A DNA stretch of 64,000 nucleotides from an uncultured Verrucomicrobiae bacterium (GCA_963769025.1 CAVYKI010000003.1:1-64000), one strand, 5' to 3'. Counted from the first letter of the stretch, positions 19,901 to 33,785 are shown. A program made the numbers and translations. Notes: generated by a model from the sequence alone, not told the origin.

Positions 19901-22900
19901 GTTCCCCGAAGTTGTTCCCCGCCCCGTCCACGCCTTGCGTGAGTGCGATGGCTGAGATCGTGTTGCTGTCCGCCGTGTTGTTCACGGTGCCGCTGCCCTG
20001 AGATCCGACAGTCTCCAACCCGTCGAAATATCCCACCGGCTGCGTCTCGGTGATCGTGTAGGTGCCGGGCCGCAGATTCGCCGCGCTGTATGCCCCGCCG
20101 ACCGTCGTCGTGGAAATGGAAACCGCCTGCCCGAGGAAATCGATCCCGGTGATATCCACCGCCACGCCGTCGAGCAGCGCCTCGGTGATCTGCACGATGC
20201 CGTCGTTGTTCGCATCGGAATACACGAAGCCGCTGAGCGACGAAGGGAGCACCTCGCCGAAATTGTAGTCCGTGCCCGTGTTGTTTCCGACCGGAATGAC
20301 GATCCCCGTGATCGTGTTGCTGCCGGGCGCATCGCTCACAGCGCCGCCGAGCGTGCCCGCAGTCTCCGCCGCGTCCACAAGCCCCACAGGCTGCACCTCC
20401 GTGATCGTGTAGCCCGTCGCATCGCTGCGCGGCACGTTCGTGAACGTGTAGATCCCCGTCGTGGCATCCGCCGTCACCGTCTGCGTGTACGGCGCACCAA
20501 AGAACGTCGTCCCGCTCAGCGTCACCTGCACGCCCACGCCCACACCGGCCTCCGCGCCGTTGAGCGTCCCGCTCGCGTCCGCGTCCTCATACACCACGCC
20601 GCTGATCGTGCTGCCGTTCACCGTCACGCGGACGGTGTCCTGCGCGGGGTCGTCCACTCCGGGCGTTGGCGCTTCGATGTAGAGCGGCGTCGCGCCAAAG
20701 TCGCGGTCCTCATCGCCGTCCGGTCCGCCATTGAGCACGATGTTTGTGCCCGTGTCCGCAGGCGTCGTGTCCCAGTGGAGGCGCACGTTGTTGTCCTGTT
20801 CCGTCCCGCCGAGCGCCGCCGCAGTGCCAACCGTCGCTGTGTAGGTGATCGTGATCGTGCCGCCGACTGCAAACTGGTCGATCGTCAGCGCAAGCTGCGT
20901 CGCCGTGCTCGTGTCCGTCGCAATCGCGCCGCCCACGATCCCGATCGTTCCCGTGTCCAGCGTGAAGCCGCTCGGGATCGCGTCCTGGAGGATCAAATCG
21001 TACGCAGTCGCCGTGCTGCTCGCAGTGTGGTCGATCGTCAGCGTGTACGTCAGCACCTGGCCGAGGTCCGCCGTCGGATCATCCACGCCCTTCGTGATCA
21101 CGAGGCGCGGCTCGTTCACCGTCACATCAACCGGTGGCGGCGTGAAAGGAGGGATGCCGGGTCCGTCGAACGTCGCGCTGTTGGAGAGCACCGTCTGCGG
21201 CGTCACGCCGCTGTTCGCAGGCACGTCCGTCACCACCGCGGTCACCAAAATCACGAACGTGTTGTTCGTTCCCACGTTGTCCGCGTCGGTCGTGATCGCG
21301 CCGAATGCAAAGTTCACATCGTCGCCGTCCGTCGCGCCGCCGGTGATCACCGGCGCGGGCACGGTGCCGCCGAAGTTCGCCGTCAGCGGATTGCCGGGAC
21401 CGGCCACCGTCTCGACGCTCGCACCCACGTAGCGCAGCCCCGCGGGCAGCGTGTCGAGCACATTGAACGATCCCGTCGTCCCCTCGGGCAGCGTGACCGA
21501 CAGCGCGTACGTCACCGTCTCGCCGACCGTCACATTGCCGCCCAGCGTCGTCGCGTCGCTCGTCGCGAACAGCGTCTTGCTGAACGCCGGAGCCGCGCCC
21601 GTCGTCGTCGCGTCCGCCGTCCTGCGGAAGTCATTGAGCGAGCCGTCGCCGAAGATGTTCGCGGGATCGCCATAGCGTTCGTTTGCATCCGGCGAGGTCG
21701 AATTGCCGCCATTCAGCGAAGTCCACGTCAGCACCGCCGCGTTCGTCACCGAGCCGTTCGTCGGGAACCCAACCTGCACCGTCGCCGTGTAAACGATCGT
21801 CACCGACCCGCCCGCCGGGATGTCATACTGCCCGCTCAGCCCCGCGCCGCCGCCGGTGATCGCCGCCGCGCTGTCCGCGCTCGCGCCGCCGCCGAAGGCC
21901 GTGCTCGTGATCCCCGTCACCAGCAGGTTCGCGGGCATCGTGTCCGTGACCAGCGCGTCGAATGCCGTCGAGTCGTTCACCCCGCCCGGGTTCGTGATCG
22001 TGAGCGTGTAGGTGATCACGTCGCCCGCATCCACGTTCGTCGTGATGTCCGCGCCCTTCGCAAATGTGAGCACCGGCGACACCACCGTCGTCGTCACCGG
22101 CGGCGGCGGCAGCGGATTCGGATCGGGGTCGGGCCCCGGCGTGCCGTCGCGCTCGTAGAGGATGCCGAAGCTGTTCGTCAGCACCGTACCCGCAGTGTTC
22201 GCGAGCTCGTTCACCACGCGCGCGTCGAACTCGATCACGATCGCCTCGACCGCCGCCGTCGTGTCCGTGTTCACGAGGTTCCCAAATTTGAAGAACACAT
22301 CCGTCCCGCTCACGTACCCGTCGCTGTTCGCCAGCGCGTTGTCCGACACGTCCGCGTCCAGCAGCGTGTACACCGGCGTCGCGCCGATGCCCGCCAGCGG
22401 CGCCGCCACCGTGCTGCTCGTCACCGCGCCCACGAGTCCCGCGCGCGCGCTGCCATTCACATACACGTAGCCCGCGGGCAGGAGATCCCGCACCTGGAAG
22501 TCCGTGAGCGATCCCGCCGGGATCGTCACCACGAGACGGAACGTCGCCACTTCGCCGACCGCCACGCTGCTGCCCGGCGTGCCCGCCTCGCTCGTGCCCG
22601 CGAGCGACTTGGTCAGCGTGAAGTTCGGCTGCTCGCCAAAGTTGTTCCCCGTCCCGCTCGTCCCCGCAGTCAGCACCACCGCGCTGAACACGTCGTTCAC
22701 CGCCGCGTTGCCGCCCTGCGTGCCGATCGTGTCCGCACCGTCCGTGTAATCCGCAGGCTGCGTCTCCGTGATCGTGTAGCCGGTCGCGTCGCTCGGACGG
22801 ATGTTCGCGAACGAATACAGCCCGCTGGCATTCGTCGTCACCGTGAGGTTCACTGGCGTGCCCTGATCGTCCGTCCCCGTCAGCGTGATGCTCACGCCCG

Positions 22901-25900
22901 GCACGCCGCGCTCGAACGCGTCGAACACGCCGTCGTTGTCCAGGTCCGCATACACGCTGCCGCTCAGCGACGACCCGTTGATCTCGCCAAAGTTGTACCC
23001 CGTCCCCGACTGGTTCTGCGCCACGGTCACATTGATCGCATCGAACTTCGGACCCGCGCCGCTCACCGCGCCGCCCAGCGTTCCCGGCGTGTCGATGCCG
23101 TCAAAGTACGTCCCCGGCACCACCGCCGCATCGTTCTCCGTGATCGTGTAGCCCGAGCCGTTGCTCGGCCGCAGCCCGGCGAACGAATACGCGCCCGTCA
23201 CCGCATCGCTCGTCCCGCTCAGCGTCACCGCCTGGCCGAATGCATCCGTCCCTGTCAGCGTCACCGGCAGCGCCGCGCCCAGCCCGGCTTCGCCGCCCTG
23301 CTTGATGCCGTCGTTGTTCGCATCCAGATACGTGAAGCCGCTGATCCCGCTGCCCAGCAGTTCGCCAAAGTGGTAGCCCGTCCCGCTGCTGCTGCCCGCA
23401 GGCACGATCACGCCCGTGATCACGTCCACGCCGAGCGCGTTGTTCGTCGCGCCGCCCAGCGTCCCCGTCGTCTCGATCCCGTCCACAAATCCGCCCGGCT
23501 GCACCTCCGTGATCGTATATCCCGTCGCATCGCTGCGCGGCACATTGGTGAACGTGTAGATCCCCGTCACCGAATCCGCCGTCACCGTCTGCGAGTACGG
23601 CCCGCCGAAGAACGTCGTCCCGCTCAGCGTCACCTGCACGCCGACGCCCACGCCAGCCTCCGCGCCGTTGAGCGTCCCGCTCGCATCCGCATCCGCATAC
23701 ACCACGCCGCTGATCGTGCTGCCGTTCACCACGAGCCGCTCGGTGTCCTGCGCGTCCTGCGTGTCCGCGTTGAAAATTTCGTCCGCACCAGTCGCGCCGT
23801 AGTCGCGATCACCGTCGCCATCCGCCACGCCGGTCAGCACCGCGTTCGCACTCTCGCCGGGCTGCGAGTCCCAGTAGATGCGCGCGTTGTTGTCAATGCT
23901 CGCGCCCGCGAATGCCGCTGCGCTGCTCACCACCGCGTCGAATTCCACCGTCACCACCGCGCCGAACGCGATTTGATCGAGCTTGAGATCGAGCACGGTA
24001 CCCGTGGAACTGTTCGTGTCGATCGCCGCGCCGATCACCGTGATGCCCGTGATCCCGGAGAGTCCGCGCGGGCAGCGTGTCGCGCACGAGGATGTCGTAC
24101 GCGGCAGCGCCATTCGCCACGGCGAGGTTCTGAATCGTGAGCGTGAAATGCACCGTCTGACCGAGATCCGGCGTCGCGTCGTCCGCGGCCTTCGTCACCT
24201 TGAGCCGCGGCTCGGTCACCGTCGCCGGCACTGATGTCGGAGGCGGCGGCGGCACTCCGGTTCCGGTGCCGGTGAGATTGTTCGTGAGCAGCGTGCCCGC
24301 GGCATTTCCGACCACGTCGTTCACGAGCGCCTGATACGTGATCGTGAAGCTGTCGCTGTCCGTCGCCGCGGCGTTGTCCACGTTGCCGGGGTTCACGACG
24401 CTCGTCGCGCCGATCGTCAGCACGTTGCCGGCTTCGTTTGCGGTGAAGCCGTTCACCGTCATCCCGTTTGCATTGCTCACCACCGCGCTGCCGGGGACGT
24501 AAGTCATGCCGGCGGGCAGCGTGTCGCTCAGGGAAATATTTTGCGTCGTGCCTTCCACGAGCGTGACCGTGACCTGGTACGTCACCGTGTCGCCGATGAG
24601 CACGTTGCCGCCCACGGGCGAAGTGATGCCCTTGGTCACGTTGAACACCGCCGGCACCGGCAGCGTCGCCGTGTCCGACACCGGCCCGTAATTGCGCTCG
24701 CCGATCACGATGCCCGGCTGCGAACTCGCCACCGAGCTCGCGGTGTTGCCGAGCACCTCGCTCGGGTTCACGCTGTCGGCGAGCACCACGGAGAAAATGA
24801 ACGTCTCGCTCGTGCCCGCCGCGATCGTGCCGCCGCCGAAGGTCACCGTGCCCGCCGCATTGTTGAACGTGAAACCCGCCGGTGTCGTCACTGCGGTGAT
24901 GCTTCCGAATTTCGCAAGGTTCACCACGTCGGTCACCAGCACGTCGTGCGCGGGGCCGTTGCCCGTGTTGTTCACGACGATTGATATCTGCACCGTGTCG
25001 CCCGCATCCGCGCTCGCGGCGTTGAACGTCTTCGCAATCGCGAGCACCGGCTCGATGACCGTCAACGTCACGGGAGGCGGCGTGAACGGCGGGACGCCGT
25101 CGCCGGGAATGTCGAACTGCGCGGAATTCGCGAGCGAAGTCTGCCCCGGCAGGATGCCTTCGTTTGCGGGGATGTCCGTCACGCGCACCGTCAGCAGCAC
25201 GAGGAAGCGGTTGTTGGCGGGATTGCCGTCCGCGTTCGCGGTGATCGCGCCGAAATCAATGTTCACGTCGTCCCCGTCGCTCGCGCCGCCGGTCACGACG
25301 GGCGCGGGCACGGTGCCGTTGAAATTTTGGGTGAGCAGCCCGTTGCTGCCCGCGACGGTCATCACGACGGAGGCGGAGCCCGCGACGTACTGCAGGCCCA
25401 CCGGCAGCGTGTCCACGATCGAAAGCGACGGCGCACTCCCCGCGGGAACATTCACCACGAGCGCATACGTCACCGTTTCGCCGATGGCCACGCTGCTGCC
25501 CGGAGTCGCCGCGTCGCCCGTGTTGAAGAGCTGCTTGTCGAAAGTGGCCGTCGCGACGGTGATCGTCTGGCTGCCGACGAGTCGGTAGTCGTTCAGCGAG
25601 CCGTCGCCGAGGAGCACGCCCGGTGCTCCGAAGCGCTCATTGGCATCGGGCGCGAGCGAGTTGCCGCCGTTGCGCGAGGTCCATGTGAGTTCGGCGTTGT
25701 TCGTCTGTGCGCTCCCGGAGGTCGCGGTGAGCTGCAAGGTCCCCGTGTAGGTGATGGTGACGCTGCCGCCGACCGGCAGATCGAACTGCCCGCTGAGCCC
25801 CGTGCCGCCGCCGGTAATCGCCGCCGCGTTGTCCGCCGTCGCACCGCCGGCGAGCACCGTGCTGTCGATGCTTGTGATGAGGATGTCCGCCGGCATCGTG

Positions 25901-28900
25901 TCGCGCACGAGCGCGTCGAATGCGTTGGCCGCATTCGCGCCCGCGGGATTTGTGAAAGTGAGCGTGTAGGTGACCGGATCGCCTGCACCGACGGGTCCGC
26001 CGGTCGTCGCGTTCTTGGAGAAAGTGAGCGTCGGCTCGCGGAGCGTGACGCTCGTGGTGCCCGGAGGCGGAGGCGGGAGGCTGGTCGCCACGACGCTGGC
26101 GCTGTTGCCCTCCATGTCGCCCGCCTGATTCGTGAGGACGTTCGTGACGAGCACCTGGTACGTGAGCACGACGGTGTCCGCGCCCGCGCCAGTCGGGACG
26201 ACCGCGGTGCCGAGCGTGAACGTGAGCACGTTGCCCGTTCCGCCGCTGACCACCGGAACCGCGCTGCCGCTGATGCTGCTGCCCGCCGTGCCGAAGCTGA
26301 CCGCCGCGCTGCCGGGAACAAATTGCAGGTCGCCGGTCACGGGCAGCGTGTCGGTGACGACGATGCCGTTCGTCGTGCCTTCGTTCAGCGTGAGCGTGAC
26401 GGTGTACGTGAGCACGTCGCCGATGCTCGGCGTCGAGTTGTCCACGCCTTTCGCGACCGCGAGCACGCCGCCGGTGGCAATCTGCGCCGTGTCCTGAAGC
26501 CGGTAATCGTTCAGCGAACCGTCGCCCTGGATGTTTGGCGAAGAGCCCACGCGTTCACCCGTCGCCGTGCCCTGGCCGAGCGCGGTGCCGTCCACGCTGC
26601 TGAAAGTCACAGTCGCCGTGTTGATGAAATTCGTGTTCGGCGTGACGGAATTTTGCAGCGTCGCCGTGTGGAGGATCGTGATGCTGCCGCCGACGGGGAT
26701 CGTGTATTCGCCCGTGAGCGTCGCGGTGCCGGTGCCGGCGGTCGCGGTGTCCACGCTCGCGCCGCCCGCGGGCGTGGTGCTGTTGATCGTGGTGACGAGC
26801 AGCCCGGCGGGCAGCGCGTCGCTCAGCAGCACTTCGTTCGCGGTCGCGGTGCCGGTGTTCGTGATGACGATCTGGAACTGCGCCGTGTCGCCCGCGTCGA
26901 ATCCGGTGCTCGCGCCGACGACCGACTTGTCGAGCGTGAGCGCGGGCTCGACGACGGTGATGTTCACGTTCGGCGTCGGGTCAACGACCGTCGTCGCGCC
27001 GAGCGTGCCGTCGTTGTAGGCGAGCGTCGCGGTGTTCGTGAGCGTGACGGCATTCTGGTTGCCGATGACGTTTGCGACGCGCGCGGTGACGCGGACGAGG
27101 AACGAATTGTTGTTCGCGACATTGTCGCCCGCGGTGGTCGTGCTGCCGAAGGTGAACGTGTAGCTGTTGCCGGCATTCGACTGCGCGAACGCGGGCACGG
27201 TTCCGTTGAAGGCATTCGCCAGCGCGCCGCCCGCGGCGGTCTGCACGGCGGCGCTCACAAAATCAAGGCCCGCGGGCAGGTTGTCCGTGATCGCGAGGCC
27301 CAGCGTGTCGCCTTCGGGCAGCGTGACGAGGATGTCGTACGTGACTGTCTCGCCGATCGAGTATGTCGTATCGGCGGGCGTGAGCTTGTCCACCGTCGGT
27401 CGCGCGAGTGTGAAGGTGCCCGAGGCCGCGGCGCCCGTGTAATCATTGATGCCGCCGCCGCCGTTGCGCTCGCCGGGATTCGCGCCGGGCGTGCTGGTCC
27501 ACGTCACCGTCGTGCTGTTGCCGATCGTGCTGCCGACGGGCGCGGTCGAGGCGACCGTGGCGTTGATCGTGATCGTCGCGCTTGCTCCCGCGGCGATCGT
27601 GTCGAGCACGATGTTGATGTTGTTCCCCGCCGTCGTGTTCGTCGTGATCGTCGCACCGCTCGCGCTCACGGAGACGAACGTCAGCGTGCTCGCGAGCACG
27701 TCGGTGAGATTGATGTCGTAAGCCGCCGCATTGTTCCCGCCGGCATTCGTGATCGTCACGGTGTATTGCACCGCGTCGCCCGCGTCGTTGCCCGCGACGG
27801 CGACCGCCTTTGTGATGCCGAGCACGGGCTCGACGACCGTGCCCGTGACGGTGTTCGACGCGGCGCCATGCACCTCCGGGCCGGCGACGCCGTTTTTCTC
27901 GAACAGCGCGGTGAAATTGTTCGGCAGTGAAGTCGCCGCCTGGTTCGCGACTTCGTTCACGACGACCGCTTGGAATTCGATGACGACCGACTCCGTCGTC
28001 GCGCCGCTCGTGTCGGTGTTGATGAGAGTGCCGAGTTTGAAAAACACGTCGGTCCCGCTCACGTAAACGTCGCTGTCCGTCACCGAGTTGTCCGACACCG
28101 CCGCACCGGGCATCGCGAACGTCGGCGTGCCGATGCTGGTCTGTGCGAGTCCCGCACCTGCGAGCGTGCTCGAAGTGAGCTGCCCCGCGGAGGAGACCAG
28201 CGACACGCGGGCGCTGCCATTCACAAACTGGAAACCATTCGGCAGCGCGTCCTGGATCTGGAAATCCGTGTAGCCGCCCGTGGGGACGGACACCACGAGC
28301 CGGAAGGTCGCCGTCTCGCCGATCGCGAGGTTCGATCCGATCGTGCCCGCGACGCCCGTGGCTTCCAGCGTCTTGGTGAGCGCAAAATTGGGGATTTCGC
28401 CGAAGGTGTTCGTCGTGCTGGTCCCGCCGGACGCCAGGACGATCGGCGGCGTGATGGCGTCGGTCGCATTGCTCCCGCCGATCACCACTCCCTGCCGTGC
28501 ATCGAGTCCGTCGGTGTGGCCGGTCGGATGCGTCTCGGTGATCGTGTAGCCGGTCGCGTTGCTGGCACGCACGCTGCCAAAGGAATAGTTGCCGTTTGCA
28601 TCGGTGACCGTGCTCACATTCACCGGATTGCCGGCGACGTCGGTGCCCGTCAGCGTCACCGTCACGCCGATGATTCCCAGCTCCCAGGCCTGCTGCGTGC
28701 CGTTGTTGCTTGCGTCCACGTACACGGTGCCGGTGATCGTCCCGCCCAGCTCGCCGAAGTTGTTGTTCGTGTCATTTTCACCCGGCATCACGGCGATGGT
28801 GTTGATCACATTCGGCCCGCCGCCGCTCCCGGGGATGACGGTTCCTCCGCGCGCCTCGAGCCCGTCGGTGTAGCCGGTGGGCTGGGTCTGCGTCACCGTG

Positions 28901-31728
28901 TAGCCGGCGCCGTTGCTCTCCCGGAGATCGGTGAAAACGTAGCGCCCGAGCGAATCGGTCGTCGTCACTTTGCTGACCGCGTTGCCGAGGATGTCCGTGC
29001 CGGTCAGCGTCAGCGTCACTCCGGCGATGCCCTCTTCGCCGACATTCTGCGTGCCGTTGTTGTTGCGGTCCACGTAGGTCGTGCCCGTCACGGTGCCGCG
29101 GAGCGCGGCGCTGTTCACCGCGGGGAGATTGTAGATCTGGTACGCGAGACGTCCGGTGTTGTACACCTCCGAGATGCCCGAGGGCAGGCTGCCATTCACG
29201 CTCACGTCGAAGGTCACGCTCGTCGTGTTGCCGGGGCTCAGGTTCAGGATCGTGTAGCCGCCTTCGTCGAGGGGAAACGCCGTCGCGCCGCCGTCGGCGA
29301 TCGCAATCGGACCGACGCCCTGGTCAATGAACGTGCTGTTGCTGATGTAGGTGACGAGGGAGGTCGGCAGCGCGTCGGTGATGGCCGAGTTGCTGACGGG
29401 CTGCGTGCCGATGTTCCGGATGCGGAGCGTGTACCGCAGCGTGTCGCCGGAGTTGAAGTAGCCGTCGCCATTCGCATCGCCGCCGGGGGCGAAATCCACG
29501 GTCTTATAAAACTCCGGGACCGGAAGAGCGGGCACCGTCGTGCCGGCATCGAATCCCGGGCTGCCCGCAGGCGCCGCGGTGTCCTCGCCCCACGCCACGC
29601 TGATGAGCGTGCCGTCGTTGGTGAAAAGCCGCATGCCCGAGTTGTCCTGATCGCCGCCGGTCGTGTCGGTGACCCGCTGCGTCTGGAGCTTGGCCAGGGC
29701 GAAAGACTGATCGTACCGGCTCCCCGTGACCGGATCGAGGAACAGCCCCGTGGTGGGATTGCCGTCGTTGTCCACATACACAGTGGTCGCGACGAGCGGC
29801 GTCACCCAGATCGGGCTGACGTTGATGCCTCCGGCTGAGGGCGGATTGGTGCTGTTGCCCACGCCGAGGCCGACGACAGCGAACTGCGAAAGATTGGCCG
29901 TCGGCTGCATGCTGAAGCCCCAGTCATGCGCCGAGCCCACTCCATTCGTATCATGGGCACCCAGCGCCGCGAACACCTGGCCGCCCGCGGTGAAAAGCCG
30001 CGTCCCCGTATCCGCCGGGACGACGAAAAACCCGGTCGCTCCCGCTGCAATCACCGGGAGTGTTCCCGAGGTGGTCCGCGTCTCGAAGCTGACCGTGATG
30101 GCGGCCGCATTCGGGTTATAGACAAAGAGCACCACATCGTCGCCACTGTCGCCCACGGGGGTGAAGTAGTCGTTCGTCAGTTGCGCATTCGGCACCAGCG
30201 AGTAGGAGCGGGTCGCAAACGAGGCGGCGTCATTTCCCGTGAAGAGATTCGTCTGCACAGGCTTGTTGGCAACGACGCGCCCCCCCTGCTGGACGTTCGT
30301 CGTGGAGACGACGGTCTGGCCCTCATTCAGCACCACCGTCTGCTCGAACGCACCGTTGTTATCCGCATCAATCTGGACGGTCGTGTTGTCCTGCGACGCC
30401 ATCACGTACAGGAAATTGTCGGAGAACAACGTGCCAACGCCAACGGGCCTCGGCGTATTCTCGCCCACCGGGGCGATGTAGGTCGTATCAAAATAGCGCG
30501 TGTCGTGGACCTCCACCGCGCTGGAAATCACCGAACCGGTCGGCAGCGGGATCTGCGCACGCGAGATCGAAATGGTCTTGCTCGCACCGATCTTGTCACC
30601 GCCGTCGAAGAAGACATTCGAGGAAACGCGGGGGAGCGGCACGGTGTTGCGCAGCGTGATGATCGTGCCGGCATTGATGACCGGGTCCGTCCCTGGCGCG
30701 GCTCCGGGAGGCGCACCGTTGGTCGCATCGCCGTCGCCCCAGATCTGCGTCCGCGCAGTGCCCGCAATCTGCGTCGGCACGGCGAGGTTGGATTCGTAGC
30801 CATTTTCCCACTGATCGTAATAGATGATCGTGTTGTTCTCCGTCGCCGTGATGACGATGATGCTGTCCATCCCCCCGGTTCCGTTCACGGTGCCGTTGAT
30901 GGCCTGCATCGAGGCAAGCATCGCCTGCTCGGGATTCGGGATGTAGAAGAATTGCACCGGCGGCGGCGCCAGCAGCCCGCTCCACTGCTCCTGTGCCAGC
31001 GTGCTCACGACTACGCCGGCCTCGATCGGCCCGGTCTGTGCTTCCAGCATCCAGTCGCCGCCCAGCGAGGCGCTCCCGGTGGGATTCGTCGAGGACGCCA
31101 CATCGGCACCGGTCAGCCGTGCGAGTGTCTCCGAGGCGAGAAGGCCGTCCGCGTCCTTGCCAAAATTGCACCCGTAAATCAGCAAGTCGCCATCCTCGGT
31201 CAGCGACTGCCCGATGGTCGCCAGGAGCGAGGAATACTGCCCCTCCATGTTCGCGTTTGTCAGCGTCGTGCTGCCGAGCGTCAGCGACGCCTCGGTCCCG
31301 TGCGAAATAAGATGGATCGCCGCGATTCCCTGCCTCCCCGCCAAGTGATCCGCGATCTGCCGAAGCCCGTCCTCGTTGCCGTTCAGGAGGACGACCTCCA
31401 CGGCCGGATCCATGCCGCCCAGCAACGCCTGATAACCCGGCACCGACGTATCGACAAAAACAATCTCCGTCCTGGCCGCGGCCGTCTGAGCGGAAGCGGC
31501 CGGTGATTGGGTTGCGCCAGCAGGTGCCAAAACGGCGGGATCCGCGGCGGTGGCGCTGGGAACACTCGCGAGCGTCGCAGCCGCCGGCGCAGGCTGCGGA
31601 TCGAGCGCCGGCGCTGGGTCCACGGTCGCGCTGCAAAGGATCCGATCCTCCATGGTTTCCAAGAGCAGCCGCTTTCGGGTGTTCCGGCGTGGGAGCGGCT
31701 TCTGCGGAGACGACCGTTTTATGGGCAT
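16959..31728 (-). CDS. Giant (~4,920 aa) surface adhesin: LEPR-like N-motif, DUF4347, IgGFc-binding-like region, DUF11/isopeptide (fimbrial D2-like) and SdrD-B-like repeats; apparent +1 frameshift near 24067
   Basis: RLLLETMEDRILCS; EIVFVD..IHLISHG..LLIYGC..GDWMLE (DUF4347); repeated IGETVTY, DTLPAGL and SISGxVYxDxNNDG units. The two ORFs join as DTLPA-GLSGITGI if one base is removed. Confidence 0.87.
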
Positions 31729-31973
31729 AATTTTGGGCGGGTATCCTGAGTGCATGGCGCGATCCAAGGTTCACTGCGAAGGCATGGCGCGAGCATGGTT
31801 CCGCGAGGCTTTTACGGATCGCAGCCCGCGATGCAATCCTAAAACCATCAAACCCGACCCCAAACCACAACCCAAAGTGGTCCGGGGCCGTAGCCGCATA
31901 CAATACAATGGATTTAAGTGTTTACATGGCACCGGGACTCCGGTTCACAGTTCCCGAAGTTTATCCTTCGCTT

Positions 31974-33785
31974 ATGCACCTCCTCCTGCCCGCCGCTCTC
32001 GCGATTCTTGCGCTTTCGCCCCTTTCCGCGGGCCGACTGTCGGCGGCGGAGACCGAGCCTCCGCTCCCCGACCGCTGGCAGCCGAATGAAAGCGAGCGCG
32101 CTCTGCTCGGGGATTTCGAGGGCGAGGCCGCGAGGATCAGTCCCAAACCGCGGCGCTTTCCCACCACGCCCGCTCCGGAACGCATCCCGGGCGACTTTTC
32201 GCCGTGGTGGCTCCGCGGCCAGACGAACAGCATCGGCAACAGGACCAACCGCCAGAATGTGACGCTGGAGGACCTCTACCTCAGCGCGATCCGCAACTCG
32301 ACGCAGATCCGCGTTTTCGGCGACCTCCCGGTGATCCGCGAGACGGGCATCCGCGAGGCGAAGGGCGCGTTTGACACGAATGCGTTCATCCAGACGCAAT
32401 TCGAGCGCACGAACGATCCGGTCGGCAACATCCTCACCACCGGCGGCGCCGACCGGTTCAAGCAGGACGAGTGGTCCATCGAGGCCGGCCTGAAGAAGAA
32501 GCTCGTCACCGGCACCGAGGTGCAGCTCACGCAAAAGCTCGGCCAGGTGAAGAACAACTCGATCTACTATTCCCCGAATCCCCAATCGACGGCGAAGCTC
32601 GAACTGAGCATCACGCAGCCGCTGCTGAAAGGCGCGGGCACCGGCTACAATCGCGCGATCATCGAAATCGCGAAGGTGGATTCCGAGGTCGCGATGGCCG
32701 AATTCATCCGCCAGACCGAAAGCCACCTCCAGGAAATCGCGCGCACCTACTGGACGCTCTACGCGGCGCGCGTCACCTACCTGCAAAAGCTGAAACTCCT
32801 CGAGGAAACCGGCAAGCTCGCCGACGAGGTGAAGGGGCGTTCCAAGATCGACGCGCAGGGCTCGCAGCTTTTCCGCGCGCAGAGCGCCGTCGCTTCGCGA
32901 AAGGCGGATCTCATCCGTTCCGAGGCCGCCATCCGCAACGCGCAGGATCGCCTCCGCGCACTCACCAGCGACCCGCGGCTCTCGTCGGGCGCGGACGTCG
33001 AACTCATCCCGCGCGACCGCCTCGTGCTGAATGGCGAGATGGTGAACGCCCAGCAGGCCGCCCAGACCGCACTCGGCGCGCGGCCCGAGATCAACCAGGC
33101 CTTCAACCAGCTCCGCGCCGCGACCATCCGCGAAAAGATGAGCAAGAACGAGCTGCTGCCCGAGCTGAACCTCTTCCTCAAAGGCAGCCTCGGCGGGCTC
33201 GACAACGGCGACTTTGGCTCCGCCTACGGCCGCGAATACACCACCGGAAGCCCCGGATGGACCGCCGGCATCATGCTCAGCATCCCGCTGGAGCATAACA
33301 CCGCCCGCGCCCGCCATGAGCGCCGCCGGCTCGAAGTCCGCCAGCAGGTGGACCAGGTCCGGACGACGGTGGACAGCGTGCTGCTCGAAGTGAAAATCAG
33401 CGTCCGCGAAGTCGGCACCTCCTACCGCGAGGCGCTCGCAAAATACGCCGCCGTCAACGCCTACGCCGAGGACATCGCGACCCTCGACGCACGCCGCAGC
33501 GTGCAGCCGTTCGACAATCAGATCCAGACCACCGACTACATCGACCGCATGCTCGACGCGCAGGATCGCCGAGCGCGCGCCGAGGAGGAATTCATCCAGG
33601 CCGCCGCCGAATACCAGGTCTCGCTCGTCAATCTCCAGCGCTCAAAGGGCATGCTGCTCAGCTACGAAGGCATCCGCGTCGTCCGCGACCGCGACGAAAA
33701 CAACCTGCCGCTCCTCCGCCTCGAAAAGGGCGCCGGCGAAGGCAAGGCCGTCAACGACGGAAAGCGACTCATCCAACGCGACTGA
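31974..33785 (+). CDS. TolC-family outer membrane efflux protein
   Basis: Signal peptide; two OEP-like halves (ITQPLLKGAG, IARTYWTL, ALGARPEI, LLPELNL, LSIPL). Confidence 0.88.
   Translation: MHLLLPAALAILALSPLSAGRLSAAETEPPLPDRWQPNESERALLGDFEGEAARISPKPRRFPTTPAPERIPGDFSPWWLRGQTNSIGNRTNRQNVTLEDLYLSAIRNSTQIRVFGDLPVIRETGIREAKGAFDTNAFIQTQFERTNDPVGNILTTGGADRFKQDEWSIEAGLKKKLVTGTEVQLTQKLGQVKNNSIYYSPNPQSTAKLELSITQPLLKGAGTGYNRAIIEIAKVDSEVAMAEFIRQTESHLQEIARTYWTLYAARVTYLQKLKLLEETGKLADEVKGRSKIDAQGSQLFRAQSAVASRKADLIRSEAAIRNAQDRLRALTSDPRLSSGADVELIPRDRLVLNGEMVNAQQAAQTALGARPEINQAFNQLRAATIREKMSKNELLPELNLFLKGSLGGLDNGDFGSAYGREYTTGSPGWTAGIMLSIPLEHNTARARHERRRLEVRQQVDQVRTTVDSVLLEVKISVREVGTSYREALAKYAAVNAYAEDIATLDARRSVQPFDNQIQTTDYIDRMLDAQDRRARAEEEFIQAAAEYQVSLVNLQRSKGMLLSYEGIRVVRDRDENNLPLLRLEKGAGEGKAVNDGKRLIQRD

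Noticed and set aside
17775..31506. Long plus-strand ORFs (726-1121 aa) opposite the giant adhesin, and similar shadows such as 36668..39856
   Set aside because: These are Arg/His-rich antisense shadows expected from high-GC codon bias, with no recognisable motifs.
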